Source: Candidatus Marinacidobacterales bacterium
Lineage (GTDB): Bacteria; Acidobacteriota; Vicinamibacteria; Marinacidobacterales; SMYC01
Direction of reading: 5' to 3'
Length of the DNA stretch: 64,000 nt
NCBI GenBank assembly: GCA_965237955.1
Contig: OZ250169.1
Location: forward strand, 2,496,001-2,560,000
Shown here in pieces: positions 19,406 through 29,747 of this stretch; position 1 is the stretch's first letter; every line of letters starts with the position of its first letter. Made by a program: the position numbers and the translations under genes. The notes under the pieces are model-generated. The model saw nothing but the letters and a program-made list of their open reading frames with translations. It had not been told where the DNA came from and did no database searches.

Positions 19406-19699
19406 ATGAAGCTCAATCAAATCATGAAGCAGGCGCAAGCGCTTCAAGAGAAATTCAAAAAGCAGCTCGAAGACTTGAGCGTCGAAGCGACTGCGGGCGG
19501 CGGCATGGTCTCGGTGCAGATGAACGGCAACAAAACCGTTCTCAGAGTGACCATCGACCCCGAAGTCGTCGACAAAGACGATGTCGAGATGCTCCAGGAC
19601 CTCGTGACCGCGGCGGTGAACGAGGCGTCGCGGAAGGTCGATGAAGAGGCGCAGCAACAACTGGGCTCGATGGCCGGCAACTTGCCGGGGTTGTTTTGA
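19406..19699 (+). CDS. ybaB: YbaB/EbfC nucleoid-associated protein
   Basis: MKQAQALQ, AGGGMVSV, DVEMLQDLVTAAVNEA; dnaX-ybaB-recR synteny. Confidence 0.95.
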   Translation: MKLNQIMKQAQALQEKFKKQLEDLSVEATAGGGMVSVQMNGNKTVLRVTIDPEVVDKDDVEMLQDLVTAAVNEASRKVDEEAQQQLGSMAGNLPGLF

Positions 19700-19715
19700 G
19701 CGGCGGCGCTAGCGC

Positions 19716-20315
19716 GTGAAAGAATATCCGGAGCCGGTGTCGCGACTGATCGGCGAGCTCAAGGAGCTCCCCGGGATCGGTGCCAAATCGGCCCAGCGCA
19801 TCGCCTTCTATATCCTGCGCGCGGGCGAGGAGGATGTTCACCACCTTGCGCGCGCCATCGTGGACGTCAAGGAGAAGATCGTCACTTGCTCCGTTTGCAA
19901 CAACGTGACCGATGACGATCCGTGCATCTATTGCTCGAGTCCCGAGCGCAACTCGCGCGTCGTGTGCGTGGTGGAGGAGCCGCCGAACGTCGTGGCGATC
20001 GAGAGAACCCACGAGTTCAAAGGGAGGTACCACGTCCTGATGGGAAGCTTGTCGCCGCTCTCGGGCGTCGGCCCCGAGCAGCTCAAGATTCAAGGTCTGC
20101 TCGCCCGTCTCAGCGGAGGCGAGGTCGAGGAAGTCATTTTGGCGACCAACCCCAACGTCGAAGGCGAGGCGACCGCCATCTACCTGTCGAAGCTCATCAA
20201 ACCGCTAGGCGTCAAAGTGACGCGTATCGCGATGGGAATTCCGGTAGGAAGCGAGCTCGACTATGCCGACGCGGTGACCATGGGTAAAGCCCTCGAAGGG
20301 CGTCGCGAGTACTAG
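19716..20315 (+). CDS. recR: Recombination protein RecR
   Basis: [12 protein letters not shown]4 zinc finger, [14 protein letters not shown] Toprim motif. Confidence 0.97.
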   Translation: MKEYPEPVSRLIGELKELPGIGAKSAQRIAFYILRAGEEDVHHLARAIVDVKEKIVTCSVCNNVTDDDPCIYCSSPERNSRVVCVVEEPPNVVAIERTHEFKGRYHVLMGSLSPLSGVGPEQLKIQGLLARLSGGEVEEVILATNPNVEGEATAIYLSKLIKPLGVKVTRIAMGIPVGSELDYADAVTMGKALEGRREY

Positions 20316-20468
20316 TGAACTTCATGCGAGGCTGCAACTCACGTGGGTGGACAATTTACGAGTCGCCGCTTGCCAAGTGGCGTTCTTTTAGATATACCTA
20401 TTAAGTAAAACAACCCGCAGTCTTCATTCCCTTGAGCGTGCAGGTCTCGGACGGAGGAAAGCAGAGTC

Positions 20469-20972
20469 ATGGCAGCGACCACTGATGTGGTGATGTATGA
20501 CGAGGAGTTTAATCAGATCAAGACGATTCTGAGCAAGCTCCGCACCGACGCCAACGCCAAACTGGTTTTCCTGGTGGACAAGAACGGCCAGCAGATTGCC
20601 GCCCATGGCAACATCGATAATCTGGATACCACGTCGCTAGCGTCTCTCACTGCGGGAAACGTCGCGGCGACCGACGCCCTCGCCAAGCTCATCGGTGAGA
20701 AGGAATTCTCCGTTCTCTTTCACGAAGGCGAAAGGGACAACATCCATATCTCTATCGTCGGGCTGCGAGTCATCCTCGTCGTGATTTTCGACGAGCGTTC
20801 CTCGCTCGGGCTGGTGCGTCTGCGCGTGAAGAAAGCTGCGGTCGACCTCAATGGAGTGTTCGACAGCATCATGCAGAAGGTCGAGGCGGAGAAAGCTTCG
20901 TCCGGTGGCAGCTTCGAGTCCCCTTTCGCAGAAATAACCGATGAAGATATCGACAGCTTGTTCAGTGAGTAA
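20469..20972 (+). CDS. mglB: MglB roadblock/LC7 GTPase-activating protein
   Basis: FLVDKNGQ, DTTSLASLTAGNVAAT, SSLGLVRLRVKKA, PFAEITDEDID. Confidence 0.92.
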   Translation: MAATTDVVMYDEEFNQIKTILSKLRTDANAKLVFLVDKNGQQIAAHGNIDNLDTTSLASLTAGNVAATDALAKLIGEKEFSVLFHEGERDNIHISIVGLRVILVVIFDERSSLGLVRLRVKKAAVDLNGVFDSIMQKVEAEKASSGGSFESPFAEITDEDIDSLFSE

Positions 20973-20981
20973 GGCCGGCCG

Positions 20982-21575
20982 ATGACCTTCATCAACTACG
21001 CGTCCCGCGAGATTAACTGCAAAATCGTGTACTACGGTCCCGGTCTATGCGGGAAGACGACGAACTTGCAGTTCATCTACGAGAAGACGAATCCGAACGC
21101 CAAGGGAAAGCTGATCTCGCTCGCAACCGAGACCGACCGCACCCTGTTCTTCGACTTCCTGCCCCTCGAGATCGGAAACGTCCGCGGCTTCAAGACGCGG
21201 TTCCACCTCTACACCGTGCCCGGACAGGTGTTCTACGACGCCTCTCGAAAGCTGATCCTGAAGGGCGTCGACGGCGTCATCTTCGTGGCCGATTCCCAGC
21301 GAGAGCGGATGGACGCGAACGTCGAGAGTCTCAGAAACCTTGAGCTGAATCTCAAGACGCAAGGCTACGACATTCGTGCCCTTCCCTACGTGCTGCAGCT
21401 CAACAAGCGCGACCTTCCGAGTGCGGTTCCGGTCGAGGAGATGAAGGCGAAGCTCGGCCTCAACAACGAGCCCGTCCTCGAGGCCATCGCCGCGTCAGAA
21501 GAAGGCATCGGCGTCTTCGATACCCTGAAGGCCGTGGCCAAGCTGGTCCTTCAGGACCTCACCAAGACGACCTAG
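20982..21575 (+). CDS. mglA: MglA small GTPase
   Basis: [36 protein letters not shown]. Confidence 0.95.
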   Translation: MTFINYASREINCKIVYYGPGLCGKTTNLQFIYEKTNPNAKGKLISLATETDRTLFFDFLPLEIGNVRGFKTRFHLYTVPGQVFYDASRKLILKGVDGVIFVADSQRERMDANVESLRNLELNLKTQGYDIRALPYVLQLNKRDLPSAVPVEEMKAKLGLNNEPVLEAIAASEEGIGVFDTLKAVAKLVLQDLTKTT

Positions 21576-21704
21576 TCCCCTGTATCAGAACAAACTAGAT
21601 AAAGCAGAGCTTGCCGAAACACTTCTAAGTGCATGAATCTTATGAATCTTATGGGCTGGCGAAAAGCCTAACTTTGTATAGTAATCAAAGATCCAGGGGA
21701 CTAG
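21572..21704. mobile_element. 133-bp MITE, copy 1
   Basis: CTAGTCCCCTG..CAGGGGACTAG ends; near-identical inverted copy at 60468-60600. Confidence 0.85.
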
Positions 21705-21717
21705 CGCCGCGCGCCCG

Positions 21718-21726
21718 TGCTATAAT
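21718..21726 (+). promoter_or_regulatory. Extended -10 promoter of tRNA-Asn
   Basis: TGCTATAAT 13 nt upstream of the tRNA. Confidence 0.6.
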
Positions 21727-21739
21727 CTTTCGCTCTTGG

Positions 21740-21814
21740 TCCCCGGTAGCTCAACGGTGGAGCGGCGGACTGTTAATCCGTAGGCTGTTGGTTCAAATCC
21801 AACCCGGGGAGCCA
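21740..21814 (+). tRNA. tRNA-Asn(GTT)
   Basis: TCCCCGG/CCGGGGA acceptor stem, CTGTTAA anticodon loop, TTCAAAT T-loop, CCA. Confidence 0.95.
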
Positions 21815-21839
21815 ACCTTCTCGTCTCCCCCAATCGAGG

Positions 21840-22952
21840 CTAGGTGCGGCCGAAGCAGTACAAGACGCCGTCTTGTGTTCCGATGACGATGCGCCCGGAA
21901 GCCAGGGCCGGAGACGCGACGAAAGGCGCTCCCGCCTCGAACTCCCATACTTTCTCACCGCTCGCGAGATTGAGCACGTAGAATCGGCCGTCCGAGGAGC
22001 CGACATAGATGCGCGAGCCCGCGACCACGGGAGACGACTCGACGCGCGCGCCGGTCGAGAAAGTCCATACGGACTCTCCCGTCTTCTGGTCGATGGCGTG
22101 GACCATCTTGTCGCGTCCGCCGACAATGACTTTCCCGTCCGCGACCGCGGCCGAAGAGTAGAACGGGAAGTGGCGCGTTGGATGCTCGTAGCGCCAGAGG
22201 TATTGTTCGCTGTTCACGTCGACCGCGATGACATTGTTGGCGAATGTTCCGTAGTACGCGACGCCGTCGATGACGGCCGGGGTCGCCGCGGTGTACTCGC
22301 CCGAGTCCATTTGCAATTGCTCGATGCCGTCTTCGAGGCGGATGCCCCGCAACACCGCATCGCAGCCGGTCACGAGCACGAGGTCGCCGTCGCGGCTGGG
22401 CGTACTATGGAGAGGTCCCTGGCTCTGAAACTTCCATACGAGCTCGCCGGTTTTTCGATCGAGGGCGTACAGGTGCTCGTCGTAGGAGGAGACGAGCACG
22501 AGGTCATCGAAAACGACCGGAGAGGCTTTGATCTCGGCTTCGGTCGCGAACGTCCAAAGCGTCGTGCCGTCTTGGGCGTCGAAAGCGTGCGCCACTCCGA
22601 GGAGGTCACCGACGTACACCACGCCGTCGAACACCGTTGGAGACGACTCTCCGAAGAGGTCGTCCACCTCTCCGAAGTCACGCTTCCACACGACGGAGCC
22701 ATCCTTGAGATCGAGAGCCGCGACCAGTCCGGGAAGAGCGGTCATGTAAACGATGTCGTTCACGATCGCGGACGACGAATCGATCGAGAAGCCGGCATCG
22801 AAGCTCCACAGGAGTTTCAGGTCATCAGGAATCTCCGCCGTCGAGCGGCCCGTCCTCGTCGCACTCCCTCGAAACTGACTCCACTCGTTTTTCGGTGCTA
22901 CGTCGTCTTGCGGGAGCACCGCCACGAGCAACAACAGGCTCAAAACTCGCAA
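21840..22952 (-). CDS. PQQ-like beta-propeller repeat protein (BamB/AfsK-like), secreted
   Basis: Signal peptide, WSQFRG, repeated SSP.V..G.(V/I)Y.G..DG..YA.D..TG..W blades. Confidence 0.85.
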   Translation of the reverse strand: MRVLSLLLLVAVLPQDDVAPKNEWSQFRGSATRTGRSTAEIPDDLKLLWSFDAGFSIDSSSAIVNDIVYMTALPGLVAALDLKDGSVVWKRDFGEVDDLFGESSPTVFDGVVYVGDLLGVAHAFDAQDGTTLWTFATEAEIKASPVVFDDLVLVSSYDEHLYALDRKTGELVWKFQSQGPLHSTPSRDGDLVLVTGCDAVLRGIRLEDGIEQLQMDSGEYTAATPAVIDGVAYYGTFANNVIAVDVNSEQYLWRYEHPTRHFPFYSSAAVADGKVIVGGRDKMVHAIDQKTGESVWTFSTGARVESSPVVAGSRIYVGSSDGRFYVLNLASGEKVWEFEAGAPFVASPALASGRIVIGTQDGVLYCFGRT

Positions 22953-23172
22953 TAGTAAACCTCTGGTTCAGACAGCGCTCACGAGCAGCATCTGCCTCCC
23001 AACGGGTCTTCGGATTCGTCGCATGTTAACGATGTGCGTCTCCTTCCGTGCGAGCCCGTGCGCCCCTAACCGCCACTTTACTACGCTCTCCGAGCGCGGT
23101 GCTTATCTTAATATTGTGGTCCCGGTCGTAGAAACGCGGTGGCGTTGAGGACGAGCTCGAAGAGTTGGCGGC

Positions 23173-23883
23173 TTAGGTTTTCAGTGCCAGGCCGTGGGCG
23201 TTGTTTTCGCGAAGCTCGAGGATGCCAACCGAAAGGTGTCCGAGCACGGCGCGGGCGGTCTGCTCTTCGGAGAGTGGGCTCAAAGCGAAGACCGATCGCG
23301 TGGGCTCGGTCCCGCTGATGCGTGACAGGATGAACGCCTCGTGAGGCTTCATCGTCACCCGCTCCATCAGGACCATGGAGTCCTTGGTGAGCGATAGGTG
23401 GCGATCGTCTGCCATGAGCGTCTTCATGTGGTTGTCGATCTTGGGAGTCCGCCGGGCGGCCTCCATGATGATATCGAGGACGGCCACGGGTTGGCTGACG
23501 ACCTGGATCGTGTCTTGGGTCTTGGTGAACGCCAGCTTTTTGGGAGGGTTGATCATCACGTTCGATGCGATTTCCAGGATCTGCATGCGCACGTAGTCTT
23601 CGATTTCTTCGGACTGGATGATGTTCAGATCGACGAGGACATCGCCGAGACGCTTGCCCTTTTTGGCAAACAGCGTGGCGTCTAGTAGATGCTGCGCGGT
23701 AATGGAGCCTTGACGGACCATGACTTCGCCGAGCCGTTCGTCGTCACTCGACGAGCGCGCCGAGGTCACACCACCCTTTATGAACACGAGGTGTCGAGTG
23801 ACGCTCGCCCCCTGGCAGGTCAGAATGCCTGTCCGGCGTTCACGAGAGAGCTGCTGAAGTGTCTTTAGAACTTGTGTATTCAC
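23173..23883 (-). CDS. DUF4388 (PatA-N-like) protein with RLG..LV repeats
   Basis: RRTGILT..V.RHLVFIKG; RLGEVMVRQGSI and KRLGDVLVDLNII; GTG start inferred. Confidence 0.75.
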   Translation of the reverse strand: MNTQVLKTLQQLSRERRTGILTCQGASVTRHLVFIKGGVTSARSSSDDERLGEVMVRQGSITAQHLLDATLFAKKGKRLGDVLVDLNIIQSEEIEDYVRMQILEIASNVMINPPKKLAFTKTQDTIQVVSQPVAVLDIIMEAARRTPKIDNHMKTLMADDRHLSLTKDSMVLMERVTMKPHEAFILSRISGTEPTRSVFALSPLSEEQTARAVLGHLSVGILELRENNAHGLALKT

Positions 23884-24168
23884 GAGCTCACACAGTCCGA
23901 GTCGAAAACATTCGACGTCAAGCACCGGAGCTGGGGAGCCGGTACGCACGGGAGGCGCACGAGCCGCCGGGCTCTCGCACTTCCGCGCGTGTCTGGCCTC
24001 GGATAATGCAGGATATGTATCAGTCGTGACCCTTCTGCCACGGCCTCCACAAGGCCAAAAGTGTATTGTTTGCTGTTGATTAGAAGGGCTACGTTGAAAG
24101 AGGAGCGGCCGCATTCCCGGGTTTGTGGGACTTAGGACGCAGCCTTATGGGATTTGCCCCCCGCCGGC

Positions 24169-24615
24169 CTAAGGCTCGCGGATGACGGTGGAGTTGTCCT
24201 TCAGCCAGTCCCCGACGGTCTTGGCGAGCCGGCTGAGGTCGCGCCCGCCCGAGCCCGTTACCGAGAACTCTTTGCTGAAGGGCTGGTCGTCCCCGATACG
24301 GACGATGGCCCACATCCGCGGCGCCTTGTCGTCGGGGGTCCAGAGGTGACGCACCGCTTTGCCGGTCGTGTCGAGCTCGATGACGAGGTCGCCTTGCCCG
24401 AGGCACTGCACCGTGATCTGGGCCGACTCGCGCGTATAGGCGAGCTCCATCAGAGGAGACGCGTATTTGCCGAGCTCACGGCGGAACGTATCGAGATGCT
24501 CATCCTTGAACCCCTGGTTGCTGTCACGGCTGTAGGTGTAGATGCCGACAGGGTTCGGTTGCGCCTCGATCAAACCCGCCGTGAACGACAGGATGACGAT
24601 GAAAAAACCTGTCAT
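24169..24615 (-). CDS. Hypothetical secreted protein
   Basis: Signal-peptide-like N-terminus; -10 TACAAT upstream; coding-like composition. Confidence 0.6.
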   Translation of the reverse strand: MTGFFIVILSFTAGLIEAQPNPVGIYTYSRDSNQGFKDEHLDTFRRELGKYASPLMELAYTRESAQITVQCLGQGDLVIELDTTGKAVRHLWTPDDKAPRMWAIVRIGDDQPFSKEFSVTGSGGRDLSRLAKTVGDWLKDNSTVIREP

Positions 24616-24669
24616 GAAGCCACCATTGTATTACAGGCGATGCACGAGCTCATGTGGTAAGAACACGGG

Positions 24670-25917
24670 ATGAAGACGCTTCTCCTCGTTTCGGTTCTGC
24701 TCCTTGCGTTCGGCGCGATCTCCGAGCGGTTGAAGCGCACCGCGATCACGCCGCCGATGGTCTTCGTCGGCGTGGGGCTCGCTGTCGGCGCCGGTCTTTT
24801 CGGCTCGTTCGGCAGCTACGACGGCTTCGAGCTCACTCGCCTACTCTCCGAGCTCACGCTCATCATCGTGCTTTTTACCGACGCCTCGAGGATACGGTTC
24901 CGTGAGCTCAAAGAGGGCTATCAGCTTCCTCTGCGTCTCCTTGCGGTGGGGATGCCGCTCGGTGTCGGGTTCGGAGCCGTGCTCGCCATCGGGTTGTTTC
25001 CGGAACTTTCGATTTGGTCCGCGTGCGTTCTCGCGGCGATTCTCGTTCCCACCGACGCAGCTCTCGGCCAGGCCGTGGTCAGCAGCAAGAGCGTGCCGTC
25101 AAAGATCCGCCAAGCGTTGAACGTGGAAAGCGGCCTCAATGATGGCCTCGCGCTCCCAATCGTTCTCGTGTTCGCCGCGCTTGCGAACATGCAAGGGGAT
25201 CCGGTTGCATCTTGGCTTTGGTTCACCGCGAAGCAACTGATGCTCGGTCCTCTCGTAGGCGTTGTCGTCGGCTTCGCGGGCGGACGTCTGGTTGTGTTGT
25301 CCGTCGACCGCCACTGGATGGAGCATAGTTTCGAGCAGCTCTCGGCGTTGGCCCTGGCGTTTCTCGCGTTTCTCCTCGCGGAGCTCGTGGGCGGCAACGG
25401 ATTCATCGCGGCGTTCGTCGCCGGGATCACTGTCGGGAACACTGCCGGGCGCGTCGGTGCGGTGCTAGAGGAGTTCGCCGAGACCGAAGGGCAGCTCCTG
25501 AGTCTTCTCACGTTTTTGTGCTTCGGCGCTCACCTTGCATGGCCATTACTCGCCGACGTGAGCGGCACGATGGTGCTGTACGGAGTTTTGAGCCTGACGC
25601 TCATTCGCATGGTGCCGGTGAGCCTCAGCCTCATCGGCGCGAGGCTCCAATTTTTCACGCACCTTTTCCTGGGTTGGTTCGGTCCGCGTGGTCTCGCATC
25701 GATCCTGTTTGCGTTTCTGGTTCTCGAAGAGGGCGTTCCCGGTCGCGATCACATCTTGTTGGTCGTCGTCATCACGGTGTTGATGAGTGTGTACGCCCAC
25801 GGCGTGACCGCATGGCCCGCCTCGAAAGCGTACGCTCGCGTGTGTGAGAGAAAGCGAGACGATGCCATGGAAGAGTTTATGCCGGTGGCAGAGCTTCCGC
25901 CGCGGATTTCGTTTTAG
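24670..25917 (+). CDS. Cation:proton antiporter (NhaP/CPA1)
   Basis: PTDAALG, LNVESGLNDG and WFGPRGLASI motifs; many transmembrane segments. Confidence 0.92.
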   Translation: MKTLLLVSVLLLAFGAISERLKRTAITPPMVFVGVGLAVGAGLFGSFGSYDGFELTRLLSELTLIIVLFTDASRIRFRELKEGYQLPLRLLAVGMPLGVGFGAVLAIGLFPELSIWSACVLAAILVPTDAALGQAVVSSKSVPSKIRQALNVESGLNDGLALPIVLVFAALANMQGDPVASWLWFTAKQLMLGPLVGVVVGFAGGRLVVLSVDRHWMEHSFEQLSALALAFLAFLLAELVGGNGFIAAFVAGITVGNTAGRVGAVLEEFAETEGQLLSLLTFLCFGAHLAWPLLADVSGTMVLYGVLSLTLIRMVPVSLSLIGARLQFFTHLFLGWFGPRGLASILFAFLVLEEGVPGRDHILLVVVITVLMSVYAHGVTAWPASKAYARVCERKRDDAMEEFMPVAELPPRISF

Positions 25918-25931
25918 TCGGTTGTAATGCT

Positions 25932-26204
25932 CTAGCGTTGGAACATGGACCAAATCCCCCCAAGGTGATCGAGCACCGAGCCTTCGCCTTTGCCGCCGCC
26001 GCCGGTCTGCGGTGCCGCTTTCCAGATCCGGCCGGCGAGACGGCTGAACGGGAGCGACTGGAGCCACACGGTTCCGGGGCCGGTGAGGCTCGCAAAGAAG
26101 AACCCTTCGCCGCCGAAGATGGCGGACTTGACGCCTCCTACGAACTGGATGTCGTACGTCACCGAGGGGTCGAGGGCGACGTACCACTCCTTGGAATCGT
26201 TCAT
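25932..26204 (-). pseudogene. AIM24/TIGR00266-family remnant
   Basis: Only the C-terminal YDIQFVGGVKSAIFGGEGFFFASLTGPG.VWLQSLPFSRLA is present, fused to a short N-terminus. Confidence 0.75.
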
Positions 26205-26305
26205 GTGCGTGCTCTCCCCATCGTGATGATGATTGGTTTGTGGCGCAAAAGTATATCAGACTTGCTACGCGCGTCCCGGGCCAGTAGATTTGCAAGATAA
26301 ACCTC

Positions 26306-27886
26306 ATGCCTCGCTCCCCCGAGCTCGCTCTCGTCCTGTGTCTCGTGTGTGCGCAGAGCTTTGCTCAGGAAGGGGCCGAAGACGAGGCGCGGCCGCCCAT
26401 CATCGACAGCATCGAGATCGTTGTCGAAGACGTGTTCGACGACGACGGGATGACGCCGGTGTTCTGGGCCTATCGCATGGCGAACGATCTCCATTTCAAG
26501 AGCCGGGAAGGTGTCATCCGCCGCGAGCTCTTGTTTGCCGAGGGCGATCCCGTCGACGACGAAGCTTTGGCGCAGACCGAGCGCAACCTGCGGGCTCTAC
26601 CGTTTCTTCGAAGCGCGCTCGTCGAAACCATCCCTCTCGATGACGACCGTGTGCGGATACGCATCACGACCTCGGACAGTTGGTCCACGAATCCCGAGCT
26701 GCGTCTTGCCAAGGTCGGAAACGTTTGGGTCTGGGCCGTCGGGGCGCGGGAAACGAACTTGTTCGGCCATGGGAAGCAGCTTCGCGTGCTGTACAACTCT
26801 GGTCTCGACCGCGACGAGACGTTTGTCTCCTACGGAGATCCACGGGTTCTCGGATCGCGGATCGCGACCGGGGTTTTGCTCTCGAACGCTTCCGATGGGC
26901 ATCGCGTGCAGCTCACCGCGCAAAGACCATTTTTCGCCATCGATACCCCCTACAGCTTTCGCTTCGCGTTCGAGGATTTCGATCGTCTCGACCCTCTTTA
27001 TAAGGATGGCGTGCGCGTCGAGGACCTGCGGCATTTGCGACGAGGAGGCGAAGTCCAAGTGGCGCGCGCGGTCCGGAGGAGAGCGACGAGTGCCGTTCGT
27101 CTCCATCTCGGATACATCAACTCCGACGACGACATCGCCGAAGGTCGTGACGTGCGCCGGTTCGGAATCGTTCGCGTCGGGGTGAGCACCGTCGGGCACG
27201 ATTTCTTGAAGCTGACCCACGTTAACCGTTTCGAACGTCCTGAGGACATCAATCTGGGAAACCAGGCGTCGGCATTTTTCGGCGTCTCCTCGCCTGCTCT
27301 CGGCGGCGAAGATCAAGTGTCCTATTTCTACTTCGTCGGCGCGGGGCGGGGATTCCGGCTCAATCAGAACGGTTTTCTGCTGTCGAATATTTCCTGGCAA
27401 GCTCGAAACCGAAACGACCGTCTCGAGAATAACTTCGCGTTGGTTCAACTCAATCTCGTTCAGAAGCTCACGTTGAAGAAGCTGATCCTGGCGAAGGCGA
27501 TTCTTCGCTACGGCAGCAACCTCGATCCGGAAGTTCAGATTCGCCTCGGCGCCGGCAGCGGATTGCGGGGCTATCCGGTCCGACAGTTCGCAGGCGATCG
27601 ATCGTTCCTGGTGAGCGCCGAGGGACGCTGGTTCCTCGCCAACAACATTGGACGCCTGGTTTCCGTCGGTGTGGCTGCTTTCGTGGATGCGGGCTTCGCC
27701 TGGCCGCGGGGTCAGCCGATGACGCTTGGCGACATGCGCTCGAACGTTGGCGTGAGCCTTCTACTCGGCAGCAACCGAATCTCGGGGTCGAGACCGGGCG
27801 TGCGGTTCGATTTCGCGTACGCGTTGCAGCCGATTGACGGGTTGAGTCCGTGGCTCGTTTCCGCTGGGTCGCGGATAGGGTTTTGA
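26306..27886 (+). CDS. Omp85/BamA-TamA family outer membrane protein (single POTRA)
   Basis: SREGVIRRELLFAEGD POTRA, ETNLFGHG, GLRGY motif, C-terminal Phe. Confidence 0.85.
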   Translation: MPRSPELALVLCLVCAQSFAQEGAEDEARPPIIDSIEIVVEDVFDDDGMTPVFWAYRMANDLHFKSREGVIRRELLFAEGDPVDDEALAQTERNLRALPFLRSALVETIPLDDDRVRIRITTSDSWSTNPELRLAKVGNVWVWAVGARETNLFGHGKQLRVLYNSGLDRDETFVSYGDPRVLGSRIATGVLLSNASDGHRVQLTAQRPFFAIDTPYSFRFAFEDFDRLDPLYKDGVRVEDLRHLRRGGEVQVARAVRRRATSAVRLHLGYINSDDDIAEGRDVRRFGIVRVGVSTVGHDFLKLTHVNRFERPEDINLGNQASAFFGVSSPALGGEDQVSYFYFVGAGRGFRLNQNGFLLSNISWQARNRNDRLENNFALVQLNLVQKLTLKKLILAKAILRYGSNLDPEVQIRLGAGSGLRGYPVRQFAGDRSFLVSAEGRWFLANNIGRLVSVGVAAFVDAGFAWPRGQPMTLGDMRSNVGVSLLLGSNRISGSRPGVRFDFAYALQPIDGLSPWLVSAGSRIGF

Positions 27887-27889
27887 TCC

Positions 27890-28360
27890 GCCGTGATGAC
27901 GCGTTGCAAGCTGTGCCAGTGTTCGCCCGGATCGCCACCGGGAAGATCGGTGCGGCCGGCGCCGCCGATGAAGAGCCAGTCTCCGGTGAGGATCGCTCCG
28001 GGAAGCTTTAGTGTCAGACTGTCTTTCGTATGTCCGGGTGTTTCGATCGCTTCGATGGTGAGCGAGCCGAGTGCGAGCATCGAGCCGTCGGTGAGCCGTT
28101 CGGTTGGGTGGTTGGAGCCTGCCTTTTTGTGCCTGACGTAGGTCGCATCCGTACGTTCGCGAACAAGCACACCGCCCGAGATGTGGTCGGCGTGGGTGTG
28201 GGTGTCGATGACGTAGCGGAGCGTCCACGTGTTTTCTTTGAGAAATTTCAGGTAATCGTCCACGGACGCGATGACGGGATCGACGAGCGCGGCTTCTTTC
28301 GTTTCGGGCGAGCCGATAAACTACGTTTTGCAGGGGGCTGTTGAGTTGTTTCAGCGCCAT
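27890..28360 (-). pseudogene. MBL-fold hydrolase (ETHE1/persulfide dioxygenase-like), frameshifted and truncated
   Basis: DTHTHADHISG, TPGHT, TGD.LFIGGAGRTD; frameshift plus TAG near the start; 3' end missing. Confidence 0.8.
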
Positions 28361-28386
28361 AACGGAGAATTGTAGCAGGTGCCGCT

Positions 28387-29661
28387 ATGCCCCTAGTGAA
28401 CGAAGAGCTTCGCGAAAAAGCGCGCGCCATTTTCGAGGCGGGCCTCGCCGCGGCCGATCCCGCGCGACAGATCGAGGGCATCGATGTGCCCGTGCCGGTC
28501 GACGGGCGCCTGATGGTGTTCGGCGCGGGAAAAGCCGCGGCGCATCTAGCCAAAGCACTCGAAACGCGTCTTTCCGGTCGAGACTACTCGGGTCGGATCG
28601 TGGTCAAGTATGGCCACGGCGTGCCGCTCGGGCGCATCGTCGGCGAGGAAGGCGGGCATCCGCTTCCGGACGCGTCCGGCTTGCGCGCGACCGAGCGGCT
28701 CCTCGCAGACCTCGATAAAACCCGGGCGGAGGACCGCATCGTCTTTCTACTCACCGGCGGCGCGTCCGCGCTTCTCGTGGCTCCGGCGGAAGGGCTGACC
28801 CTCGACGACAAGATCGGCGTGACCGAGCTTCTTCTCCGTTCAGGTGCCACGATCCAGGAGCTCAACGCTGTCCGCAAGCATCTTTCGGCGGTGAAAGGTG
28901 GTCGCCTTTTGGAGCGCATGGTGCCTGCCCGAGTGCTCACCCTCCTGGTGTCCGATGTCATCGGCGACGACCTGTCTTCGATCGGCTCGGGCCCGACCGC
29001 GCTCGATCCGTCGACGTTTCGAGACGCGCTCGACGTGTTGACGCGCTACCACGTTGTCGACAACGCACCGGAGAACGTCGTACGGCACTTGCGCGCGGGA
29101 GTTGCCGGCGCCATCGCCGAGACACCGAAACCCGGCGACGGCGTGCTCGACTATGTCGAGCATCACCTGTTGGCGAGCAATCGCACCTCGCTCGTCGCGG
29201 CGGCCGAGAAAGCGCGTGCCCTCGGGTTCGAGACCGAAGTGTTCGCTCGAGACATGGTCGGTGACGTCCATACCCAAGCCAAACGCTTTGCGAAAGCGCT
29301 TGCGGCGCGAGCAGGACCGGCGGCGCTCCTCGCTGGAGGTGAGCTCACTCTCGAAGTCACCGGCACGGGAGTTGGGGGGCGGAGTCAGGAGTTCGCGCTC
29401 GTCGTCGCGCGGGAGTTGGCCGGACGCGACGACGTCATGGTGCTTGCGGCGGGCACGGATGGAACCGACGGGCCCACCGATGCCGCCGGAGCGTTCGCCA
29501 ACGGCCGTACGTGGGAGCGCGCACGCGAGCACGGGCTAGACCCGGACGCGCACCTCGCGAACAACGATGCCCATCACGTGTTCGATCCGCTGGACGCGCT
29601 TTTGAGAACCGGTCCCACCGGCACGAACGTGAACGATCTCGTCGTCGGGCTCGTTCACTGA
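28387..29661 (+). CDS. Glycerate kinase type 2 (DUF4147/MOFRL)
   Basis: GAGKAA, GHPLPD, TGGASAL, VRKHLS.VKGG, GTDGTDG, TGPTGTNVND. Confidence 0.93.
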   Translation: MPLVNEELREKARAIFEAGLAAADPARQIEGIDVPVPVDGRLMVFGAGKAAAHLAKALETRLSGRDYSGRIVVKYGHGVPLGRIVGEEGGHPLPDASGLRATERLLADLDKTRAEDRIVFLLTGGASALLVAPAEGLTLDDKIGVTELLLRSGATIQELNAVRKHLSAVKGGRLLERMVPARVLTLLVSDVIGDDLSSIGSGPTALDPSTFRDALDVLTRYHVVDNAPENVVRHLRAGVAGAIAETPKPGDGVLDYVEHHLLASNRTSLVAAAEKARALGFETEVFARDMVGDVHTQAKRFAKALAARAGPAALLAGGELTLEVTGTGVGGRSQEFALVVARELAGRDDVMVLAAGTDGTDGPTDAAGAFANGRTWERAREHGLDPDAHLANNDAHHVFDPLDALLRTGPTGTNVNDLVVGLVH

Positions 29662-29696
29662 GCCAATTGCAAGGGGAATTATATACAATTTCACCC

Positions 29697-29725
29697 TTGA
29701 CACTGAACCGACATTGGGGTAACAT
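29697..29725 (+). promoter_or_regulatory. Transposase promoter
   Basis: TTGACA-17bp-TAACAT followed by GGAGGA RBS. Confidence 0.7.
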
Positions 29726-29747
29726 CCTCCTGTAAATAGGGGAGGAT

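Noticed and set aside
17309-21814. tRNA-anchored integrative island or prophage
   Set aside because: No duplicated tRNA 3' end, tyrosine/serine integrase or phage genes were seen.
21873-22955. Long antisense ORFs (also 4816-5886, 37336-38676, 38680-40077)
   Set aside because: Shadows of recognised genes, expected in high-GC DNA.
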